A DNA stretch of 64,000 nucleotides, from the NCBI GenBank assembly GCA_964635565.1, contig CAZWON010000001.1, forward strand, positions 71,020 to 135,019, in the 5' to 3' direction. This DNA is from an uncultured Planctomycetia bacterium (GTDB lineage: Bacteria > Omnitrophota > Gorgyraeia > Duberdicusellales > 4484-171). Of the stretch, positions 58,903 through 64,000 are shown one piece after another (positions within the stretch are counted from its first letter, which is position 1; the number at the start of each line of letters is the position of its first letter). The notes below the pieces were generated by a model. The model saw only the letters and a list, made by a program, of their open reading frames with translations, had not been told where the DNA came from and ran no database searches. The position numbers and the translations under genes are program-made.

Positions 58903-61900
58903 ATGAGGTGGGTCAAAAGAAAGTCCTTTTCTCAAATAAAATGTAGTATTTCTATGCCTCATTTTTTGGAGCATCAACTTCGTTCATTTTGCGAGTTTCT
59001 TCAAGCAGACATTTTGCCAGAGAGACGGAAGAATGTAGGACTACAGGAGATTTTTAAAGAAGTATTTCCTATGATTAGCCCTGACGGCAGATTTAATTTG
59101 GAGTTTATAAGTTACAGTTTAAGTAGACCACGTTATGGAATAGAGGAGTGTAAGCGTCGGTCCCAGACCTATGCTGCCCCTTTAAGGGTCAGATTAAGAT
59201 TAACAGAAGATGCCAAATCAATCAGAGAGCAAGAAATCTATTTAGGAGATATACCTCTTATTACTGATGTAGCTTCTTTTATTATTAATGGAGATGAGCG
59301 GGTGGTAGTAAGTCAACTTCAACGTTCTCCGGGAGTTTTTTTTGAAGAGGAGGTTCATCCCACTGGTAAAAGGATATATTATGCTCGTATCATTCCTTAT
59401 CGTGGTTATTGGCTTGAATTTAGATGTGATATAAATGATGTTATTACAGCAGTTGTAGATAGGCGTAAAACATTTCCTGCTACTCAAATTTTACGTATGT
59501 TCGGGCTTTCTGCTAGTGATGAAATATATAATTGTTTCTCAGATAAACCTTATCCTGAGGTTGTTAATACTGTAAAGAAAGATGTTACCACTAGCAGGGA
59601 AGAAGCGTTTTTAGATTTCTACAAGAAAATGCGTCCCACTGAACCTGTTACTTTGGAAGCGGCAAAAGAGGTATTTCATAGGATGTTTCGTGACAGTAAA
59701 AGATACGATTTAGCGCGCGTAGGAAGATATATGCTTAACAAAAAACTTTCTTTAGATGCTTCTTTAAACAAGCGGGTGTTGGATCTTGAGACTGTTATAG
59801 AGGTAATAAAGAATCTTTTAAAAGTAAAGAACGGAGAAAGAGATATCGATGATATTGATCATTTAAGCAACCGTCGTGTGAAACTCATTGGAGAAATGCT
59901 TCAGCATCAAGTAAGGGTAGGGCTTCTTAGAGTAGAGAGAACTTTTTTAGAAAGATGTTCTCTTATTTCCAATAATGATTTTTCTATACAACATCTTATT
60001 AATTCGCGTGCTTTTTCTTCCCAGATCAATGATTTCTTTGCTCGTAGTCCCCTTTCTCAATTTATGGATCAGACTAATCCTTTAGCAGAAGTTACTCATA
60101 AGCGCCGTCTTTCCGCAATGGGACCAGGAGGGTTATCCCGTGAACGTGCAGGATTTGAAGTAAGAGATGTTCACCCTTCTCACTATGGAAGGATTTGCCC
60201 CATTGAAACACCTGAAGGTCCAAACATCGGTCTTTTATCGAGTCTTACTACTTATGCAAAAGTAAATTCTTTAGGATTTCTTATTACTCCTTACAGAAAA
60301 GTAGAAAAAGGTATAGTTTTAGACAGGATAGAATATTTAACTGCTGATGAGGAAGAGAACAGGATGATTGCCCAGGTTACACCTAATATAGACGAGAAAG
60401 GAAGAATTAAAGATACCTGGATTTATTGTCGGCATAAAGGTAAATTTCCCAAAGTAAGCCCCAAAAGAATAGAATATATGGATGTTGCTCCTCATCAGAT
60501 TGTTTCTGTATCTGCTTCTCTTATTCCTTTCTTAGAGCATGATGATGCTAACCGTGCACTTATGGGTTCTAATATGCAACGTCAGGGCGTGCCTTTGCTT
60601 TTTACAGAGGAACCTTTAGTAGCTACTGGTTTAGAGGAGAAAGTAGCAAGAGATAGTGGAGCAGTAGTTATTGCCAAAAATTCAGGTCATGTTACTGAGG
60701 TGGATAGTTTACACATTAAGATAGGAACTATTACATACAGGCTGAAGAAGTTTTATCGTTCCAATGCGGATACCTGTATTAATCAGCGACCCTTAGTAAA
60801 GAAAGGAGATTATGTAAGAAAAGGGGAGATAATTGCTGATGGAGTTGCTACCAAGAATGGAGAATTTGCTTTGGGTAAAAATCTTCTTGTGGCATTTTTA
60901 CCTTGGAGAGGATACAACTTTGAAGATGCTATCGTTATCAGTGAGCGTTTAGTAAAAGACGATGTTTTGACTTCTGTGCATATTGAGAGGTTTGAGATAG
61001 AGTCACGCGAGACACGTCTGGGGAATGAAGAAATAACACGTGATATTCCTAATGTTAGCGAGGAAGCACTTAAGAATTTAGATGAGAATGGAATTGTGCG
61101 TATCGGAGCTGAGGTTATGCCTGACGATATTCTTGTAGGAAGAGTTACTCCTAAAACAGAAAAAGAATTGTCGCCCGAAGAGAGATTGTTAAGGGCTATC
61201 TTTGGAGAAAAAGCAGCGGAAGTCAAGGATACTTCTTTAAGGGTTCCTCCGGGTGTTAATGGGGTAGTTATTCACGTTGATATTTTTCAGCGGAAAGATA
61301 GGGGAAGAAAATCTAAGAAAGAAAAGACTAACGAGCTTAAGAGGTTAAAGGAAGTAGAAAAGTATTACGAAGAAGAAATCAAGATTATGGAAAAGGAGAA
61401 GATTAAACGTTTAGCCGCAGTTTTAGGTAAAAGCGAGTCAAGGATTAATTCTAAGGATATCGAAGATAATGAAGAGGCAAGAGATGTTGTAAATATTTAT
61501 GAGGAAAGATTACAGGAATTACAGATGGAGAAGGAGTTGGAAATCGCCAAGATAAAAAAAGGAGATGAGCTTCCTATAGGAGTTTTAAAAAGAGTAGTTG
61601 TGTTTGTAGCAATGAAAAGAAAGGTTGCTGAAGGAGATAAATTGTCGGGAAGACATGGTAATAAGGGAGTTATAGGTAAAATTCTTCCTGAGGAAGATAT
61701 GCCTTATCTTGAAGATGGAACCCCTGTTGATATTATTCTTAACCCTTTAGGTGTGCCTTCGAGAATGAATGTTGGTCAACTTCTAGAGACCCATTTAGGA
61801 TGGGCAGCAGATAGGCTGGGGATAAAAATTATGAGTCCTGTTTTTGATGGCGTAAAAGAGGAGAAGATTAGGGAATTATTAAGAGAAGCAAATCTTCCTA

Positions 61901-62322
61901 GTGATGGAAAAGTTACTCTCTATGATGGTTATACAGGTAAACCTTTTGATCAGAAAGTTACCGTAGGGAAAATGTATGTGATGAAGTTAATTCATATGGT
62001 AGAGGATAAGATTCATGCCCGTGCAATTGGTCCTTATTCTCTTATAACTCAGCAACCTTTGGGAGGAAAGGCTCAATTTGGTGGTCAACGCTTTGGAGAG
62101 ATGGAAGTGTGGGCACTAGAAGCCTATGGTGCTGCTTTTACTTTGCAGGAAATTCTTACTGTAAAAAGTGATGATGTAGAAGGTAGGACTAGAATTTATG
62201 AAGCTATTGTGAGAGGAGAACAGCGTTTTAATCCTTCAGTGCCAGAATCGTTTAATGTCTTAATGAGAGAATTACAAGGGTTGTGCCTTGATTTAAAAGC
62301 AGAAAGGGAGTCAAAACTATGA
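58903..62322 (+). CDS. rpoB: DNA-directed RNA polymerase subunit beta
   Basis: [49 protein letters not shown]. Confidence 0.98.
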   Translation: MRWVKRKSFSQIKCSISMPHFLEHQLRSFCEFLQADILPERRKNVGLQEIFKEVFPMISPDGRFNLEFISYSLSRPRYGIEECKRRSQTYAAPLRVRLRLTEDAKSIREQEIYLGDIPLITDVASFIINGDERVVVSQLQRSPGVFFEEEVHPTGKRIYYARIIPYRGYWLEFRCDINDVITAVVDRRKTFPATQILRMFGLSASDEIYNCFSDKPYPEVVNTVKKDVTTSREEAFLDFYKKMRPTEPVTLEAAKEVFHRMFRDSKRYDLARVGRYMLNKKLSLDASLNKRVLDLETVIEVIKNLLKVKNGERDIDDIDHLSNRRVKLIGEMLQHQVRVGLLRVERTFLERCSLISNNDFSIQHLINSRAFSSQINDFFARSPLSQFMDQTNPLAEVTHKRRLSAMGPGGLSRERAGFEVRDVHPSHYGRICPIETPEGPNIGLLSSLTTYAKVNSLGFLITPYRKVEKGIVLDRIEYLTADEEENRMIAQVTPNIDEKGRIKDTWIYCRHKGKFPKVSPKRIEYMDVAPHQIVSVSASLIPFLEHDDANRALMGSNMQRQGVPLLFTEEPLVATGLEEKVARDSGAVVIAKNSGHVTEVDSLHIKIGTITYRLKKFYRSNADTCINQRPLVKKGDYVRKGEIIADGVATKNGEFALGKNLLVAFLPWRGYNFEDAIVISERLVKDDVLTSVHIERFEIESRETRLGNEEITRDIPNVSEEALKNLDENGIVRIGAEVMPDDILVGRVTPKTEKELSPEERLLRAIFGEKAAEVKDTSLRVPPGVNGVVIHVDIFQRKDRGRKSKKEKTNELKRLKEVEKYYEEEIKIMEKEKIKRLAAVLGKSESRINSKDIEDNEEARDVVNIYEERLQELQMEKELEIAKIKKGDELPIGVLKRVVVFVAMKRKVAEGDKLSGRHGNKGVIGKILPEEDMPYLEDGTPVDIILNPLGVPSRMNVGQLLETHLGWAADRLGIKIMSPVFDGVKEEKIRELLREANLPSDGKVTLYDGYTGKPFDQKVTVGKMYVMKLIHMVEDKIHARAIGPYSLITQQPLGGKAQFGGQRFGEMEVWALEAYGAAFTLQEILTVKSDDVEGRTRIYEAIVRGEQRFNPSVPESFNVLMRELQGLCLDLKAERESKL

Positions 62323-64000
62323 TTAAGGAAGTAAGTTTTTTTGATAGGATAAGTATTCGTCTTGCTTCTCCCCAAGTTATAAAATCATGGTCATATGGAG
62401 AAGTAAAGAAAGCAGAGACCCTTAACTATCGGACACTTAAGCCAGAAAAAGATGGTCTTTTCTGCGAGAAGATATTTGGCCCAGTAAGAGATTGGGAGTG
62501 CCACTGCGGGAAGTTAAAAGGGATTAAATATAAAGGTTCCAAATGTGACCGTTGTGGTGTAGAGATTATCCATTCTTCAGCACGACGTCAACGCATGGGG
62601 CACATTGAGTTAGCTGCACCCGTAACTCATATTTGGTTTTTTAAAGTTATTCCCTCACGGTTAGGTGCTATTTTAGATATGAGTTTACGGGATTTAGAAA
62701 AGGTTATCTATTATGAACAGCATATAGTAGTGGATTCTGGTGAGAGTTCTTTAAAGAAGAAACAGCTTCTTACTGAAGAGGAATATCAAAATGTTATAAA
62801 GGAGTATAAAAATAATATTAAGGTAAAAATAGGAGCAGAAGCAATATTGTATTTATTGAAAGAAGTGGAGTTGGACAAAATTAGCAGAGGTATTCGCAAA
62901 GAGTTATCTTCTGTAAAGACCTCTGCTACTGCCAAAAGACTTCTTAAACGTCTTAAGATTGTAGAGGATTTTCGTCGTTCACAAAATAAACCTGAGTGGA
63001 TGGTATTAACTGCTCTTCCTGTTATTCCTCCTGACTTACGTCCTTTAGTACCTCTGGAAGGAGGAAGATTTGCTTCTAGTGATTTAAACGATCTTTATCG
63101 TCGAGTTATTAATAGAAATAACCGTCTTAAGAAATTAATGAGTTTAGGGGCTCCTGAAGTAATTATTCGTAATGAAAAAAGAATGCTTCAAGAAGCTGTT
63201 GATGCTTTATTAGAAAATGGACGACACGGTCGTCCTGTAATGGGACCTCAAAATAGACCTCTTAAGAGCTTATCTGATATGCTGAAAGGTAAACAAGGTA
63301 GATTCCGTCAGAATCTTTTGGGTAAACGGGTGGATTATTCTGGCAGAAGTGTTATTGTAGTGGGACCTCAGCTTAAATTATACGAGTGTGGTATTCCTAA
63401 ACAGATGGCTTTAGAACTTTTTGAACCATTTATTATAAGAAAATTAAGAGAGCGTGGCTTCGTTCATACTATAAGAGGAGCACGAAGAATGGTAGAACGG
63501 GCAAGAGTTGAAGTATGGGATATTTTAGAGGAAGTTATAGAGGGACACCCTGTATTACTCAATCGCGCTCCTACTTTACACCGTTTAGGTATCCAGGCTT
63601 TTTATCCTATTCTTGTAGAGGGCAAAGCAATAAAGCTTCATCCTCTGGTATGCGCTCCTTTTAATGCTGACTTTGATGGGGACCAGATGGCAGTGCATGT
63701 TCCTTTATCTTTAGAAGCGCAAGCAGAAGCTAAGTTGATGATGTTAGCAGCTAACAATATTTTTTCCCCTGCTGACGGAAGGCCTATTATTACCCCTAGT
63801 CAGGATATAATTTTGGGATGTCGATTTTTAAGTATAGAGAAAAAAGGGGCAAAAGGAGAAGGAATTGTTTTTTCTGATCCTTCTGAGACCATTACTGCTT
63901 ATCAGGACGAAGAGGTAGATTTACATGCTAAAGTAAAGTTAAGGATTAAAGAAGGTAATGAAGTAAAAATAGTAGAGACCACAGTAGGAAGGATAATTTT
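62319..64000 (+). CDS. rpoC: DNA-directed RNA polymerase subunit beta', 3'-truncated by window edge (absent from the ORF track)
   Basis: ATG overlaps the rpoB stop; [24 protein letters not shown] Zn finger, [12 protein letters not shown], catalytic NADFDGDQM near 63660-63690. Confidence 0.98.
   Translation, partial: MIKEVSFFDRISIRLASPQVIKSWSYGEVKKAETLNYRTLKPEKDGLFCEKIFGPVRDWECHCGKLKGIKYKGSKCDRCGVEIIHSSARRQRMGHIELAAPVTHIWFFKVIPSRLGAILDMSLRDLEKVIYYEQHIVVDSGESSLKKKQLLTEEEYQNVIKEYKNNIKVKIGAEAILYLLKEVELDKISRGIRKELSSVKTSATAKRLLKRLKIVEDFRRSQNKPEWMVLTALPVIPPDLRPLVPLEGGRFASSDLNDLYRRVINRNNRLKKLMSLGAPEVIIRNEKRMLQEAVDALLENGRHGRPVMGPQNRPLKSLSDMLKGKQGRFRQNLLGKRVDYSGRSVIVVGPQLKLYECGIPKQMALELFEPFIIRKLRERGFVHTIRGARRMVERARVEVWDILEEVIEGHPVLLNRAPTLHRLGIQAFYPILVEGKAIKLHPLVCAPFNADFDGDQMAVHVPLSLEAQAEAKLMMLAANNIFSPADGRPIITPSQDIILGCRFLSIEKKGAKGEGIVFSDPSETITAYQDEEVDLHAKVKLRIKEGNEVKIVETTVGRII

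Noticed and set aside
60050-60130. Intrinsic rifampicin-resistance substitutions in RpoB cluster I
   Set aside because: [21 protein letters not shown] retains the usual Gln, Asp, His and Ser residues.

Overview
AT-rich bacterial chromosomal segment, densely coding and almost entirely on the + strand, from a diderm (lpxB, msbA, secretin). Gene content and order suggest a PVC-related lineage such as Ca. Omnitrophota (inference only). In order: 3' part of an RND transporter; argH-lysA-dapF-dapA, then a ~7.8 kb glycan-modification island (GT2-methyltransferase fusion, frameshifted methyltransferase, GT9, two radical SAM/SPASM enzymes, GT-C-like membrane protein), then dapB-dapL; folK-panC-nadX-uvrA-TPR-exbB-exbD; a type IV pilus/T2SS-like operon led by a small HTH gene and preceded by two NrdR-box-like motifs; mnmG; lpxB and a Gfo/Idh/MocA (GnnA-like) gene; msbA; rpsB-tsf-pyrH-frr and three tRNAs; a PTS(Ntr)-like cluster; pheA-hisC-aroF-tyrA-cmk-lepA-lepB-pgsA-plsY; tRNA-Thr, rpmG, tRNA-Trp, secE-nusG-rplKAJL-rpoB-rpoC (partial). 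The supplied ORF track labels lpxB (35438-36523) and the Gfo/Idh/MocA gene (36530-37426) as + strand, but the sequence shows both on the minus strand. It also omits rpmG and rpoC. The most interesting signals are the twin radical SAM glycosylation island, the NrdR-like boxes upstream of the pilus operon, and a family of short 7-10 nt tandem/inverted repeats inside and at the ends of housekeeping genes. No CRISPR array, rRNA, integrase or transposase was seen.
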